A stretch of DNA of 59,864 bases, the filler included. It is 8 parts of 8 records of this genome, joined end to end, with 100 filler letters (N's around TTAATTAATTAA, not from the genome) between each part and the next. Parts side by side here need not be neighbours in the genome. Positions count along the whole stretch, not along the records: positions 12,398 to 21,329 come from SRR31156797_10780; positions 21,430 to 29,721 come from SRR31156797_10792; positions 29,822 to 35,093 come from SRR31156797_10794; 5 more parts are not named here. One strand, given 5' to 3'. The position numbers and the translations under genes are program-made. Below are positions 19,863 through 30,898 of the stretch, in pieces (within the stretch, counting starts at the first letter, position 1; each line of letters begins with the position of its first letter). The notes beneath the pieces were generated by a model that made no database searches, was not told where the DNA came from, and saw only the letters and a program-made list of their open reading frames with translations.

Positions 19863-20204
19863 TTGGGTATGAAAAAACTTGGACCAAAAATTACCCTGTT
19901 CCTTTTTGCTGCTTTATTGCTTTTCAGCTCATGTAGCTCCTCCCGTAAGAATGAACTCACCTATCGTTATGAAAGCACCGAAAACGCCGTTCCCTTCGAT
20001 TCTCTTAAAACTACCATATTGGGTGATTCCGGTGCCGAAATGTTAGTTGTATATCCTGACTCAGATGTGGTGATCATACACTACGACCGTTTCAATACGC
20101 ATCAGAATATTATTGAAGCACAATTCAAAGATTGCGGCTATAAGATCACCTTGATCAAGAAAACCAAGATCGAAGAGAAAGATCAACCATGGCAAAAAAA
20201 GTAA
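19863..20204 (+). CDS. Small putative lipoprotein (possibly a degenerate HMA-like fold)
   Basis: Lipobox-like LFSSC; the likely start is the ATG of MKKLG. Overlaps the next gene. Confidence 0.55.
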   Translation: MGMKKLGPKITLFLFAALLLFSSCSSSRKNELTYRYESTENAVPFDSLKTTILGDSGAEMLVVYPDSDVVIIHYDRFNTHQNIIEAQFKDCGYKITLIKKTKIEEKDQPWQKK

Positions 20205-21208
20205 AAGCGATCGGACTTTTATCCGGGGGACTGGATTCAGTTCTTGCAGCTGCTCTTATCAAAGAACAAGGAATAGAAGTAACCGGCTTACTTATCCGTA
20301 CAGGATTTACCGATCATAAAGAAGTATCCGCAGATGGAACTCGCAGTGTAAAGGATACGGCAAAGGCCTTGAGTATAAACTTTAGGATCGAAGATATTCA
20401 ACAAGAGTATTGGGATACTTTACTATATCCTAAGTACGGCTATGGCAAAAATGTTAATCCCTGTTTGGATTGTCATTTGCATATGATTCATGTAGCTGCG
20501 CGTGTTATGAAAGAAGAAGGCGCAGATTTTGTTTTTACGGGTGAAGTTGTAGGGCAGCGCCCAAAAAGTCAGCTTGCCCATCAAATGAAGATAGCTTTGC
20601 AAGAGAGTGGAATTGAAGGCAGGTTATTAAGACCACTTTCAGCACTTCGCCTGGAACCTACCATTCCCGAACTGGAAGGTTTGGTGGATAGAAAAAAACT
20701 GAAAGGATTTGAAGGACGGGGGAGAACACCTCAGCTTGAGCTTGCCAAAGAATTGGGAGTTGAAAATTTAGCTGTTGCAGCTGGTGGTAATTGCTATTTG
20801 ATCGTGCCCGAATACGGAGATCGTTTTAAAGACCTTTTAAAACAATACGGTCAAGATGACTTTCCTAAAGAAGATGCACCTCTTTTACGCATTGGCCGCC
20901 ATTTCAGGATATCCGATACGGCTAAACTTGTGATCTCGCGGGATGAAAGTGAATTTCATCTTTTAAAACCTTTCAGAGAAGACCGATATTCCTTTGAGCT
21001 TATTGATGTGATGGGTGCTTCCGCGATTGGAACCGGTAAGTTCTCACAAGCAGATCTTGAACTATCCTCTCGTCTACTGGCCAGATATTCCAAAGCAAAA
21101 TTCGGTGATGAAGTAAAGGTAAAGATCGAATCCGATCACAAAGCTTTGGACTTAATTGTCAATCCGCTTTCAAATGATGATCCGCTCATATCAAAATTAC
21201 GGATCTAA
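20189..21208 (+). CDS. ThiI/MnmA-like tRNA thiolase (PP-loop ATPase)
   Basis: SGGLDS PP-loop, NPCLDCH, TGEVVGQRPKSQ, LLRPLSA and IGRHFR. Confidence 0.8.
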   Translation: MAKKVKAIGLLSGGLDSVLAAALIKEQGIEVTGLLIRTGFTDHKEVSADGTRSVKDTAKALSINFRIEDIQQEYWDTLLYPKYGYGKNVNPCLDCHLHMIHVAARVMKEEGADFVFTGEVVGQRPKSQLAHQMKIALQESGIEGRLLRPLSALRLEPTIPELEGLVDRKKLKGFEGRGRTPQLELAKELGVENLAVAAGGNCYLIVPEYGDRFKDLLKQYGQDDFPKEDAPLLRIGRHFRISDTAKLVISRDESEFHLLKPFREDRYSFELIDVMGASAIGTGKFSQADLELSSRLLARYSKAKFGDEVKVKIESDHKALDLIVNPLSNDDPLISKLRI

Positions 21209-21329
21209 TACCATAAAATTCGGAACATAATAGCTAAAATTTTATTTGATATAGACTAAGAAAACTATTAGCTTTCCATGGTTAGAGGGTTGCATTAGCA
21301 GCTCGTTTTTTTATGTCTGTTTTTGAGGA

Positions 21330-21429
21330 NNNNNNNNNNNNNNNNNNNNNNNNNNNNNNNNNNNNNNNNNNNNTTAATTAATTAANNNNNNNNNNNNNNN
21401 NNNNNNNNNNNNNNNNNNNNNNNNNNNNN
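21330..21429. other. Artificial contig spacer
   Basis: Same 100-bp N/TTAATTAATTAA linker. Confidence 0.98.
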
Positions 21430-21531
21430 TTCATTGGGATTTTGCTCCAGTCCCAGTAACGAATCATTAAGTTGCTGCAGATGTTCTTCTGATTCTGCTT
21501 TAAATATTTCTTTATATTCCGACATATCCAT
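21430..21531 (-). CDS. cheA: Chemotaxis histidine kinase CheA, N-terminal Hpt fragment
   Basis: Manual translation MDMSEYKEIFKAESEEHLQQLNDSLLGLEQNPN; follows cheY-cheB. Confidence 0.85.
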
Positions 21532-21585
21532 GGTCACACCAACCCTTTAAGATCATTGGGATCTTCTCCTTTATCTAAAAACATT

Positions 21586-22689
21586 TTAATCACCGGACGA
21601 ATTCAGCATTCGTACGATCTCATTTGATACCTTTTCAAGGGGTATTATGCTGTCAGCGAGACCTCTTTGTACAACTGCCTTGGGCATACCATAGACCACA
21701 CACGATCTTTCATCCTCTGCAATTGCTTTTCCTCCAGCCTTTTTTATCTCCTCAACACCATCTGCTCCATCAGCTCCCATTCCGGTCAGGACAGCACTTA
21801 CAATGTTTGATCCGTATATTGGTACCAATGATTTGAACAGTATGTTTGCACAGGGTCTAACTCCCTGTTCACGAGGATTCTGGTTAAGCGACACTACTTC
21901 ATGGCGAATGCCTTTGTTAGTGGTTGATACAATCTCCATATGATAGTTTCCAGGTGCAAGATAAGCATGTCCTGCATGGAGTATATCACCATCTTTCGCC
22001 TCTGTCACTGTCAACTGGGACTGGCCGTCCAGTCTGTTTGCAAGGGATGCTGTAAATCCGGCAGGCATGTGCTGAACGATTACAACAGGGACTTTCAGAT
22101 TACCAGGCAATTTTGGAATAACCTGTTCAAGTGCGCGGGGTCCTCCAGTAGAAGAAGCAATAGCAATGATTTTGCCATTTGCTTTATGCATTTTTTTTGT
22201 AACCTTCTTCCTTTGTGTAGTGGGTAAGGGTTTCCTTTTAATTTCACGTGTTTTTTTCACGTGTTCTTCCATGAACCCGAGTTTTTTCAGGTCCACTTTA
22301 GAGGCCATTTTTACTTTCGTGCGGAGTTCTTTAGCAATATCCGCGATGTCCAAACTAATATTTCCCGATGGTTTCTGTAAGAAATCCACCGCTCCGTATT
22401 CAAATGCGTTAAGTGTACTCTCTGCTGACTTGGAGTCGACTGCTGATAGCATAACTACTGGTGTCGGGCACTCACTCATGATGTATCCAAGGGCGTGAAG
22501 TCCGTCAAGCACCGGCATTTCCACATCAAGGGTCACAACATCCGGCCTGAACTTCTCTACCTTTTCCACGGCTTCAAGTCCATTCCTGGCAGTAGCTACT
22601 ACATTTATCTCTTTATCTTCTGTCAGGATGTCAGAGACAACTTTGCGCATAAGCGCGGAGTCATCGACTACAAGTACATTGATTGTCAT
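21586..22689 (-). CDS. cheB: Chemotaxis methylesterase CheB
   Basis: Receiver domain plus ASSTGGP, VQHMP and LTGMGADG. Confidence 0.96.
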   Translation of the reverse strand: MTINVLVVDDSALMRKVVSDILTEDKEINVVATARNGLEAVEKVEKFRPDVVTLDVEMPVLDGLHALGYIMSECPTPVVMLSAVDSKSAESTLNAFEYGAVDFLQKPSGNISLDIADIAKELRTKVKMASKVDLKKLGFMEEHVKKTREIKRKPLPTTQRKKVTKKMHKANGKIIAIASSTGGPRALEQVIPKLPGNLKVPVVIVQHMPAGFTASLANRLDGQSQLTVTEAKDGDILHAGHAYLAPGNYHMEIVSTTNKGIRHEVVSLNQNPREQGVRPCANILFKSLVPIYGSNIVSAVLTGMGADGADGVEEIKKAGGKAIAEDERSCVVYGMPKAVVQRGLADSIIPLEKVSNEIVRMLNSSGD

Positions 22690-22691
22690 GT

Positions 22692-23048
22692 TTACGCGAC
22701 TTTTCCAATTACTTCGAGTACCTTTGCTGCATCAAATGGCTTGACAATGAAGTCAAGAGCACCGGTTTTAAGTGCATCTGTTACCACTGACTGCTGACCA
22801 ATGGATGAACACATTACTACCTTTGCAGCAGGGTCCATTTCCATTATCTTCTTGAGAGCATCGATTCCTTCCATATTTGGCATAACGATGTCCATGAAAA
22901 CAAGTTCAGGTTTTACCTGTGGATATTTGTTTACAGCATCGAGCCCGTCAACACATTCGGCAACTACTTCATGACCATTTTTTGTTAAAATATCCTTGAT
23001 AACCATGCGCATAAATGCTGCATCGTCTACAATCATTACTTTTACCAT
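22692..23048 (-). CDS. cheY: Chemotaxis response regulator CheY
   Basis: Single receiver domain VDDAAFMR...MDIVMP...KPF. Confidence 0.95.
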   Translation of the reverse strand: MVKVMIVDDAAFMRMVIKDILTKNGHEVVAECVDGLDAVNKYPQVKPELVFMDIVMPNMEGIDALKKIMEMDPAAKVVMCSSIGQQSVVTDALKTGALDFIVKPFDAAKVLEVIGKVA

Positions 23049-23355
23049 TTATTCATATCTCCCATATTTGCTTGTATTATTCCTGTGCAAAATATGCACT
23101 GGTATTGGTAGGGCATGGATTCTATTTCCACGATATTATATAGAGGATTATATAATATATTAATTTATTGTTTAATTTTAAACCAGTTTGCCTGTAGAAT
23201 TTTGCAAAAACAGTTTAATTTTACTAGTCACAAATGTAAAATAATGATTGTGCAAATGATACTCTTTTGCATGTGCTGAAAACTAACTTGCTGCAAAGTC
23301 TCTTCGGAATAAAATAAAAAAGTGTTACGAAATATTATTCTCATTGACAATCGTT

Positions 23356-24294
23356 TCAGTTAGCTATTGAAAGCAACACAAGAAGTATGCAAAAACGGAC
23401 CAGTATGCTCATTCCTGTTGAAAATGCAACTATTCTGATTCCAATGCGCGGGCCAAATATGGAGATGTATCGGGGCAAGAGTGTTCTGACACTGAAAACA
23501 GGCAGCATGAACATACTCCCAAGCATAAGTACTATCATTGCCTGAATATTTGATATTCCGTTATTACTTATCATAGGGCCTAAAAGTGATATTCCCAGTA
23601 TGGGACTCGCGACATAACTTGTGAGGGGAACAATACTTTCAGATGGGATTCCAAACAGGTCTGCCAGTGGCAGGACGCTGAATACCTCAAAAGCTCCCCT
23701 TTCCCTGAGGAAAAATACCAGTGTTGTCATCGAAAGATAAATTACTGCTATTTTTGTGAAGAGTTTACGATTGCGTTTAAGTGACCTTTTTACTGCATCT
23801 TTGAGGTTTACTTTCTTGGATGAGATATTCTCATCGAACATACACCTGTTCTTTTTAAGGAACAACTTGCTGAGCAGTATTACCGCGCTGACCTTAACTA
23901 TTGCAGTCAGTATGAATACCATTACGTAAAATCCTCCGACCACAGGTCCAAGGGCAGGAAGGACAATTGGTATCTGGTAGGTTATTATTTCCCTTACATA
24001 TGCAGGTGTGCTGTTTAGCAATGCACAGAGCATTGTTTCTTTCTCATCGATACATCCTCCTTCCTTGAAATTGACCACCATACTGTTTGCTGCGACAGTG
24101 GATCCCAATGCCACCAGAAAGGAAGAAGCACAGGTATCAGGGAGATTGGTATATTTGAAAATAGGTCTGACAAGTCCTGAAAATTTCTGCATGAACCCTA
24201 GTTCAATAAGGATGCCTGTTCCGAAAAGTCCTACAAAGATCATAATCAGTATGGGAATGGCAAAATCAAGCACTTTCAGGAAAATCAAAAACAT
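23356..24294 (-). CDS. Nucleoside-recognition (Gate) domain membrane protein
   Basis: Multiple hydrophobic helices in two repeats; family assigned by resemblance only. Confidence 0.6.
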   Translation of the reverse strand: MFLIFLKVLDFAIPILIMIFVGLFGTGILIELGFMQKFSGLVRPIFKYTNLPDTCASSFLVALGSTVAANSMVVNFKEGGCIDEKETMLCALLNSTPAYVREIITYQIPIVLPALGPVVGGFYVMVFILTAIVKVSAVILLSKLFLKKNRCMFDENISSKKVNLKDAVKRSLKRNRKLFTKIAVIYLSMTTLVFFLRERGAFEVFSVLPLADLFGIPSESIVPLTSYVASPILGISLLGPMISNNGISNIQAMIVLMLGSMFMLPVFSVRTLLPRYISIFGPRIGIRIVAFSTGMSILVRFCILLVLLSIAN

Positions 24295-24422
24295 GAGTTC
24301 CTTACTGGTTAGAAAGTAAATTAAACTATCTCTTCTTTATGAGTATTGCATTTTTCATCATTAGCATTTTTATACCAGCCAGGGTATAGAAAAACCTTAT
24401 ATTGATGGTAACATATTGAAAG

Positions 24423-24617
24423 GTGGTGATCGAGTTGAAGAAAGACCTAATGGATATACTTGCCTGTCCCGTATGCAAAGGGGATCTTGTCCTTAATATA
24501 GAAAAAGAGGAAGGCAACGAGGTTTTGTCCGGCACCCTTTACTGTTCTGTTTGTAAAGAATATTACCCAATAGAGGATGGTATACCAAACATGCTTCCTC
24601 CTGATCTCAGAGAATAG
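24423..24617 (+). CDS. Trm112-like methyltransferase partner
   Basis: LACPVCKG...CSVC...YPIEDGIPNML. Confidence 0.9.
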   Translation: MVIELKKDLMDILACPVCKGDLVLNIEKEEGNEVLSGTLYCSVCKEYYPIEDGIPNMLPPDLRE

Positions 24618-24636
24618 ATGTAGTGAGGAAATCCAA

Positions 24637-25332
24637 TTGCAGCAGGTGCATATTAACAGACTGGGAGTAAATTCCATTGAATTTGAGCTGGATACACTTG
24701 AGTTACCTTTGTCTCCCGGTGAAGAACGTAGTTTTGAGATTGTTATTATAAATTATGGGGCACCTACCCATGTAAATATGTCAGTGGGTGAATCCATCAG
24801 GGGCAACATTACAGTTCTTGAAGACAATCCCTATGTGAGGCATGAAGAATATATCCCTCTGATAGCAAGAATCCCACATGATGGGCGTGTTTATACTAAA
24901 GGGCAATTTTACATTACAGTAGGATATGGTTCTAAAATACAGGGTTTTAACCTGAATATCGGACATCCGGGCCCAGTAGAAAAAGGCTATGGTGTGGAAG
25001 TTGATGAGTCCCTATATAAACCTGCAAAGCAATCCAAACCAGTTGCACCATCTGTAGCATCTTCTTCTAATAGCCGCAAAAAAGCTAATCAAGGTGTTCA
25101 GCTTCCATCCATATCGTTCGATATGCTGCAACCTCTCATGGAAAAGCTTGCTCCTCATTCCACAAGTATCTTTCTAGTTATTCTGGCATTAGTAATTATA
25201 TATATACTGGGTACGATTATAACTTCCATGGATTTTTCACAGTTCTTTGGCTTTTACCAGTCCGTGTTCTATTCCATTTTACTTACGTATCTAATGGTTT
25301 TTCTGTTAACTCGAATTCCAAGAATCAAATAA
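24637..25332 (+). CDS. Archaeal hypothetical protein with C-terminal transmembrane helices
   Basis: Part of ORF 24577-25332. Start moved to the in-frame TTG at 24637 behind GAGGA to avoid overlap with trm112. Confidence 0.7.
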   Translation: MQQVHINRLGVNSIEFELDTLELPLSPGEERSFEIVIINYGAPTHVNMSVGESIRGNITVLEDNPYVRHEEYIPLIARIPHDGRVYTKGQFYITVGYGSKIQGFNLNIGHPGPVEKGYGVEVDESLYKPAKQSKPVAPSVASSSNSRKKANQGVQLPSISFDMLQPLMEKLAPHSTSIFLVILALVIIYILGTIITSMDFSQFFGFYQSVFYSILLTYLMVFLLTRIPRIK

Positions 25333-25344
25333 TAATCAAGGTAG

Positions 25345-26934
25345 ATGATGAATATGAAATATATCATAGTAACCGGCGGCGTAATGAGTGGGCTTGGAAA
25401 AGGTATTACCACTGCTTCTATCGGGCGGAACCTGAAAAGCAGGGGTTACAAAGTTACGGCCATCAAAATTGATCCTTATATTAACATTGATGCAGGTACT
25501 ATGAGTCCTTTCCAGCATGGAGAGGTTTTTGTGCTGAAAGACGGAGGAGAGGTTGATCTTGATCTTGGAAACTATGAACGTTTCCTTGATACAGAGCTCA
25601 CAAGAGAACATAATCTTACAACCGGAAAGGTGTATGAGGCTGTAATCTCCAAGGAACGCAGGGGAGAATACCTCGGAAAGACTGTGCAGATTATCCCCCA
25701 TATTACCAATGAAATAAAGGACAGAATAAGAAGAGTGGCTGCTAAAAGCGGTGCAGATGTTTGTCTCATTGAAGTGGGCGGTACCGTTGGTGACATCGAG
25801 AGTATGCCTTTCCTTGAAGCTGTAAGGCAGATGTATCGGGAAGAGCCAAAAGAGAACCTGGCATTTGTACATGTAACCCTTGTGCCAATGGATCCTCAGG
25901 GTGACCAGAAGACCAAGCCTACTCAGCACTCGGTCAAAGAACTGAGGGAACTTGGCTTAAAACCAAACATCATAGTAACAAGATGTAAAGCGCCTTTAAG
26001 TGAAGGAACAATATCCAAGATATCGCTTTTCTGTGATGTTCCGGAAGAAGCTGTGATCAGTGCCCATGATGCAAAGGACATCTACGAAGTACCCCTGATG
26101 CTTGAAGAGGAAGGAATGACTTCATTTTTGATGAAGCATCTGGATATGAGCTCTTCAGTTTCCGATGATTCATGGGTCAAAATGGTAGATAGGATGCATC
26201 ATCTTAAGGGCGAGGTTAAGATCGGTATTGTTGGAAAATATACGCATCTTGAGGACTCTTACCTGAGTATAAGTGCTTCTATCAAACACGCAGCCATTGA
26301 GTGTGGAGTCAATTTTGAAGTATGCTGGATAAATGCTGAATCCTTCGAAGAAGATCCTGAATCAGTATCAACCCTTTCAGAATATGATGGTATCCTCGTT
26401 CCTGGAGGCTTTGGCGAAAGAGGCACCGAGGGTAAAATCAAGGCAGTACAGTTTGCCAGGGAAAATGACATGCCATATCTTGGTCTCTGTCTTGGAATGC
26501 AGCTCTGCGTTATTGAATTTGCCAGGAATGTCGCAGGCCTTGAAGCTGCAAACAGTACGGAATTTGATGAGGATACTCCTTTCCCTGTAATTGATCTGCT
26601 TCCTGAGCAGGAAGATGTTGTTGACATGGGTGCGACAATGCGTCTTGGTGATTACTATGCAGATCTCAAATCCGGAACACTGGCAGAAAAGATATACGGC
26701 CAGCTCCAGATAGTTGAACGTCACAGGCACAGGTATGAGGTAAATCCTAATTTTGTTGAAAAAATAGAAAGTCACGGAATGGTATTTTCCGGTAAGAACA
26801 GGAACAGAATGGAAATAGCAGAGATTCCAGGAAAGACGTTCTTCTTTGCTTCACAGTTTCATCCGGAATTTAAATCCCGCCCGGGAAGGCCATCACCACC
26901 TTTCAAGGCTTTCATTCAGTCAATGCTGAAATAA
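25345..26934 (+). CDS. pyrG: CTP synthase
   Basis: [34 protein letters not shown] and QFHPEF. Confidence 0.98.
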   Translation: MMNMKYIIVTGGVMSGLGKGITTASIGRNLKSRGYKVTAIKIDPYINIDAGTMSPFQHGEVFVLKDGGEVDLDLGNYERFLDTELTREHNLTTGKVYEAVISKERRGEYLGKTVQIIPHITNEIKDRIRRVAAKSGADVCLIEVGGTVGDIESMPFLEAVRQMYREEPKENLAFVHVTLVPMDPQGDQKTKPTQHSVKELRELGLKPNIIVTRCKAPLSEGTISKISLFCDVPEEAVISAHDAKDIYEVPLMLEEEGMTSFLMKHLDMSSSVSDDSWVKMVDRMHHLKGEVKIGIVGKYTHLEDSYLSISASIKHAAIECGVNFEVCWINAESFEEDPESVSTLSEYDGILVPGGFGERGTEGKIKAVQFARENDMPYLGLCLGMQLCVIEFARNVAGLEAANSTEFDEDTPFPVIDLLPEQEDVVDMGATMRLGDYYADLKSGTLAEKIYGQLQIVERHRHRYEVNPNFVEKIESHGMVFSGKNRNRMEIAEIPGKTFFFASQFHPEFKSRPGRPSPPFKAFIQSMLK

Positions 26935-27001
26935 AGCAAAACAAAAAGTAGGATTATAAATTCGTGTGCAAAAATAAAAAATCAAGCCCGCTTTTGTGGG
27001 C

Positions 27002-28315
27002 TTAACTCATTTTTAGTGGTTCGGTTTTCATGTATTCCCGGAGTACTGTGGTTGCATAGCTTCCCTTTGGTAGGGAGAATGTAAGTGTTGCCTTGCTTTT
27101 TCCGGGATTGAGCTCATCTTCTCCTGTTTCAAATTCAGGTTTGCAGTTGAGTAATATCTCCCTGCGAAGTCCTTTTGATGAAAGAGCTGGAAGTTTTGAT
27201 ATTTTAAAATCTTCCTTCTCCATGCCAGTTTCTTCAAATATCTGTTGCTCAAGTTTTCCAGGCTCATCAGATGCAAATTCAGTATTATAACCAACAAGTG
27301 GTGCCGTTACAAATGCTCTTTTTCTTCTTAGAAGGTTATTCATGCCACTGACATTATCTGCAGTTGCCTTTTGCATTTTATTGACATCAGGGAGTCCTTC
27401 CTTGTTCTTAAAACAGAGAATATCTCCCGGAACAGCCTTATCGAGTGCCAGTTCTTGCTCAATTCTTTTGCATATTATACGGTTGAAAATGAATGACTGG
27501 TAGGCGTGTATGAACATCCTGCTTATGTTTTCCGAAAGAACACTGAATGATCCTGCATAATCCCCGGGGTTTTCAACAAGGTAATGCATCATGGCTCTTT
27601 CATACCTGAGACGCAAGGGATACTTTTTGAGACCTTCAACGAAGTCTCTTGTTTCCCATACAAAATCCCTGGCTTCTTTAACTTCGTCATTTTCATCCGG
27701 GAAAGATTGCGCAATATAGATCATTGCAGCTTTTTCAAAATCACCTTTAAGAATCTGCTCGCCGATCAGATGGGTAACTGGCCTGACTGCTCCGAATCTC
27801 TGGATTCCGAAAAAGTTAGGAACTCCTCCAAAGGCAATGATCTCATCTGTTGTTTTCCTGAAGGTATTTTCCAGTTCAGCGCAACTCATGTCAATGTCCC
27901 TGATTGTGATGCAGAATTCATTTCCATAAAGATCCCCAAGACCTAAGGACCTGCTGGATCTGCCTATGACTTTCAGCTCAACATCCTTCAGGTAAAAGCC
28001 ATCGATGTCCTCTTCAGAAACGTCATATATGCTGATCTTCTGGGTTGTCTTTGCCCTTTTATCTTTGGTACCTGCAAAACCAATTCTCTTCTGGCTGATA
28101 CCAAGCTTTCGTGACATGTCCCTTATGAGGTGGTGCATATCCCAGTTTGTCTTTGTTAATTCAAGGATCAGATGTTTTCCGCTCTCGCCTTCCTCACGGT
28201 TAGTTATTTCATTGACGATAAAATCTTCAGGCTCCTGTCTGAGCACGCCTCCAATTCCTTGTCCAGGGGTACAGTAAAGATCAATCCCCATTTTTTTTTC
28301 TGTTTCAGGTATCAT
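27002..28315 (-). CDS. truD: tRNA pseudouridine(13) synthase TruD
   Basis: PEDFIVNE, AGTKDKRA, PNFFGIQRFG and LPKGSYAT. Confidence 0.96.
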   Translation of the reverse strand: MIPETEKKMGIDLYCTPGQGIGGVLRQEPEDFIVNEITNREEGESGKHLILELTKTNWDMHHLIRDMSRKLGISQKRIGFAGTKDKRAKTTQKISIYDVSEEDIDGFYLKDVELKVIGRSSRSLGLGDLYGNEFCITIRDIDMSCAELENTFRKTTDEIIAFGGVPNFFGIQRFGAVRPVTHLIGEQILKGDFEKAAMIYIAQSFPDENDEVKEARDFVWETRDFVEGLKKYPLRLRYERAMMHYLVENPGDYAGSFSVLSENISRMFIHAYQSFIFNRIICKRIEQELALDKAVPGDILCFKNKEGLPDVNKMQKATADNVSGMNNLLRRKRAFVTAPLVGYNTEFASDEPGKLEQQIFEETGMEKEDFKISKLPALSSKGLRREILLNCKPEFETGEDELNPGKSKATLTFSLPKGSYATTVLREYMKTEPLKMS

Positions 28316-28326
28316 TTATTATCATC

Positions 28327-29505
28327 CTATGTCTGAGGAGCAATATCCACTACGGTTATTGTGCTGGCATTAAAGAAAGTCCATCCCTCAGCAGTCGGTG
28401 CTGTTTCACCGGGCAGTCCGCCTGCATACATGCTGGAAGTCGGATCAAGCAAAAGCCATGATCCATACTGGTCCGTAGTATAGTATATAGGTACAGGGCC
28501 ATAGTAATCTCCGATTGAATCTGCAGTCTCTTCGGTTTCATTGCCTATGTACACTGCTGCAAATGCATGTGTGTCAGTCAGATATACCCTTGAAGTCCCT
28601 CCAATAGCTTCTATCAGTGATGACAAGAGTATTGCATAGTCATCACAATCGCCTGCGCCTACTGTAAGTGTCTCTCCGGGACTTGACCATACATCTTTGC
28701 CCCTGGGATCGCTGATATATTGTATTTCTTCCTTTGTATCATCAAATAGTGCACATATCTGGAATACATTGTACTGACCCGGGTATTTCTTTGCAGATGC
28801 GGCAGCCATTGTACGAACACCAATATCCGATGGATCCACTTTTTCATTTATTCGGTTAAATTCCTTTTCGGGATTTGAAACATAATCAGGTGTTTGCATG
28901 GCAGGAGTTTCGGAAATCTCAATACTGATCTCATCAAAGTTCTGGGTTTTGTAATCATGCCATTTGCCAAAAGAGGTTTGTGCCAGTATTGACATTTGTG
29001 GCTGGAGTTTGAGTTCTTCTATGTCACCCGGAATCTTTACAGATACAAACCCAACATTCTTTTCTTCGCCGGGGAGTAACGTCACACCTGTATCTTGTAT
29101 AACGAGATTATTCTCTTCTACAAGCAAAAATCCGAACTGGTAAATGAAAATAGGCTCATCGCCCATATTTTCTACGTAGACATCGATAGTGCTCTCAGTT
29201 CCTTCATAAAATTCAGTATACATGTAGTAGCTTGAAACCTCAAAACCAGGTGATCTGTCTGTGAGTTCATCTGGTATGTCCTCATAGTTATCTGCCTGTA
29301 TTTCCGTAGTAAGAGGTATTGTAAGATCTGATGTGTCAATCTGGTAATAGTTTTCTTCCTGTAGCAGGGTGATTGAAGTCGGTTTAGTTATATCTCCCAC
29401 CTTGCTCATTGTCTCGGAAAGACAACCTGAGGAAAGTAATGCTCCAAGCAGTATTGTGTATGCTACGATATTCAGGAATCTCTTCGTTTTTTTCTCACAT
29501 TTCAT
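28327..29505 (-). CDS. Archaeal lipoprotein with transglutaminase-like Cys-His-Asp domain
   Basis: LSSGC lipobox; GDCDDYAIL, HAFA and LDPT triad. Confidence 0.82.
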   Translation of the reverse strand: MKCEKKTKRFLNIVAYTILLGALLSSGCLSETMSKVGDITKPTSITLLQEENYYQIDTSDLTIPLTTEIQADNYEDIPDELTDRSPGFEVSSYYMYTEFYEGTESTIDVYVENMGDEPIFIYQFGFLLVEENNLVIQDTGVTLLPGEEKNVGFVSVKIPGDIEELKLQPQMSILAQTSFGKWHDYKTQNFDEISIEISETPAMQTPDYVSNPEKEFNRINEKVDPSDIGVRTMAAASAKKYPGQYNVFQICALFDDTKEEIQYISDPRGKDVWSSPGETLTVGAGDCDDYAILLSSLIEAIGGTSRVYLTDTHAFAAVYIGNETEETADSIGDYYGPVPIYYTTDQYGSWLLLDPTSSMYAGGLPGETAPTAEGWTFFNASTITVVDIAPQT

Positions 29506-29559
29506 GTAAATCCCCGATTAAAACCCTTAAAACCCTATATGTTTAGTACGTAATATTGA

Positions 29560-29721
29560 TCACAGAAGTTTCAGGTTTCCTGTAACCCTGTCAAGATCCT
29601 CTTCCTTTGCAGGTCCGATACCAAGTACTGTAACAGTTCCAGGTGAGATCTCTGTGCGGCCTGCATCCTGTATGAGTGCTGTTGGAAGCCCTTCTCTTCT
29701 TGCTTTTTCCTTAAGCTCGAA
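29560..29721 (-). CDS. pth2: Peptidyl-tRNA hydrolase Pth2, C-terminal part
   Basis: Manual translation [53 protein letters not shown]. Confidence 0.93.
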   Translation of the reverse strand, partial: FELKEKARREGLPTALIQDAGRTEISPGTVTVLGIGPAKEEDLDRVTGNLKLL

Positions 29722-29821
29722 NNNNNNNNNNNNNNNNNNNNNNNNNNNNNNNNNNNNNNNNNNNNTTAATTAATTAANNNNNNNNNNNNNNNNNNNNNNN
29801 NNNNNNNNNNNNNNNNNNNNN
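29722..29821. other. Artificial contig spacer
   Basis: Same linker. Confidence 0.98.
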
Positions 29822-30877
29822 GCGTTTGTCGAAGCCGATGAAAATGAGGCGTTAAAACAAAAAGTAGGTGAATTCCTCCTCAAGCAGGACAAGGTGATGA
29901 TCGACGGAAGAGCGGTCAGACCGATTCTGGACCGTACCAGCTTTGTCAAATACACCCTGACACGAACCTTTTTCATCGATCAGCCCGAGCGGCTGCCGAT
30001 CGAAACCGCCATGGTCGGCGTGATCATCACCTATCTGACAGAAGGCCTGCCGCAAACTGTCACCTGTGAATGGAATCTGTGGTCGGAACGGATCCAGACT
30101 GTGCCCAGTGATGCCATCGACCCGGCCGGGCCGTTCCCATCGGTTGTCACGCCGGAGAGCAATGTGCTGGTCTGGACCAATTTTTTGAAAAAATATGAGG
30201 TGCCGACTGTTGCCAGGCTGGAATTGGATCCGACCATGACAACCATGAAACTCCCCGTGGCCAGTGTTTTATGCCTGCTGGCCTTGTTGCCACTCGCTCT
30301 TCAAGCGATAAACCGGCGGAAAAAAAAGAAGCGCATTGGACGGCAAGCGGGGCTTATGACGCTACTCCTTGTGGGCAGCTTTCTATTGTCTCCTTTTATC
30401 AACGTGGCGGTGGTCAGGCCGGCTCTTTTAACGTCTCCATTGGACCGGGAGCAGGCAAAAACGGTTTTGGAGAACCTGCTCAAAAATGTATATCGGTCTT
30501 TTGATTTCAGGGAGGAAGAGGATGTCTACAAGAGGCTTGCCACCAGCGTTAGCGGTGATCTGCTTGCCGAACTGTATTTGCAGAACCGAAAATCATTGGT
30601 TGTGACCCAGGCCGGTGGTGCCCGGGCACGGGTGAAAAAGGTCGAAATTCTGTCCGTGGATGTGGACTCCGTGAAGGAGAGGCCCCTGGCACTCAAGTTC
30701 AATGCACAATGGACGGCCATGGGAACCGTTGGTCACTGGGGGCATATCCACACCCGTAAGAATCAATATCATGCCAATATAATCGTTGAACCGATGGATG
30801 GGGCCTGGAAAATTACCCGGCTCGAGCTGTTGGATGAAAAAAGAATCGATCCTTATGCGGATTCCAATCGCAGGTAA
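29822..30877 (+). CDS. Hypothetical membrane protein associated with an ABC system, 5'-truncated
   Basis: Frame open from the contig edge; two TM helices; C-terminal GTVGHWGHIHTRKNQY. Confidence 0.7.
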   Translation, partial: AFVEADENEALKQKVGEFLLKQDKVMIDGRAVRPILDRTSFVKYTLTRTFFIDQPERLPIETAMVGVIITYLTEGLPQTVTCEWNLWSERIQTVPSDAIDPAGPFPSVVTPESNVLVWTNFLKKYEVPTVARLELDPTMTTMKLPVASVLCLLALLPLALQAINRRKKKKRIGRQAGLMTLLLVGSFLLSPFINVAVVRPALLTSPLDREQAKTVLENLLKNVYRSFDFREEEDVYKRLATSVSGDLLAELYLQNRKSLVVTQAGGARARVKKVEILSVDVDSVKERPLALKFNAQWTAMGTVGHWGHIHTRKNQYHANIIVEPMDGAWKITRLELLDEKRIDPYADSNRR

Positions 30878-30898
30878 AGCCCGATAGGAAAAACAGAG

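Noticed and set aside
24615-28329. Pyrrolysine read-through at TAG stops in the methanogen contig (trm112, transglutaminase-like gene)
   Set aside because: Both proteins look complete and another in-frame stop follows within a few codons.
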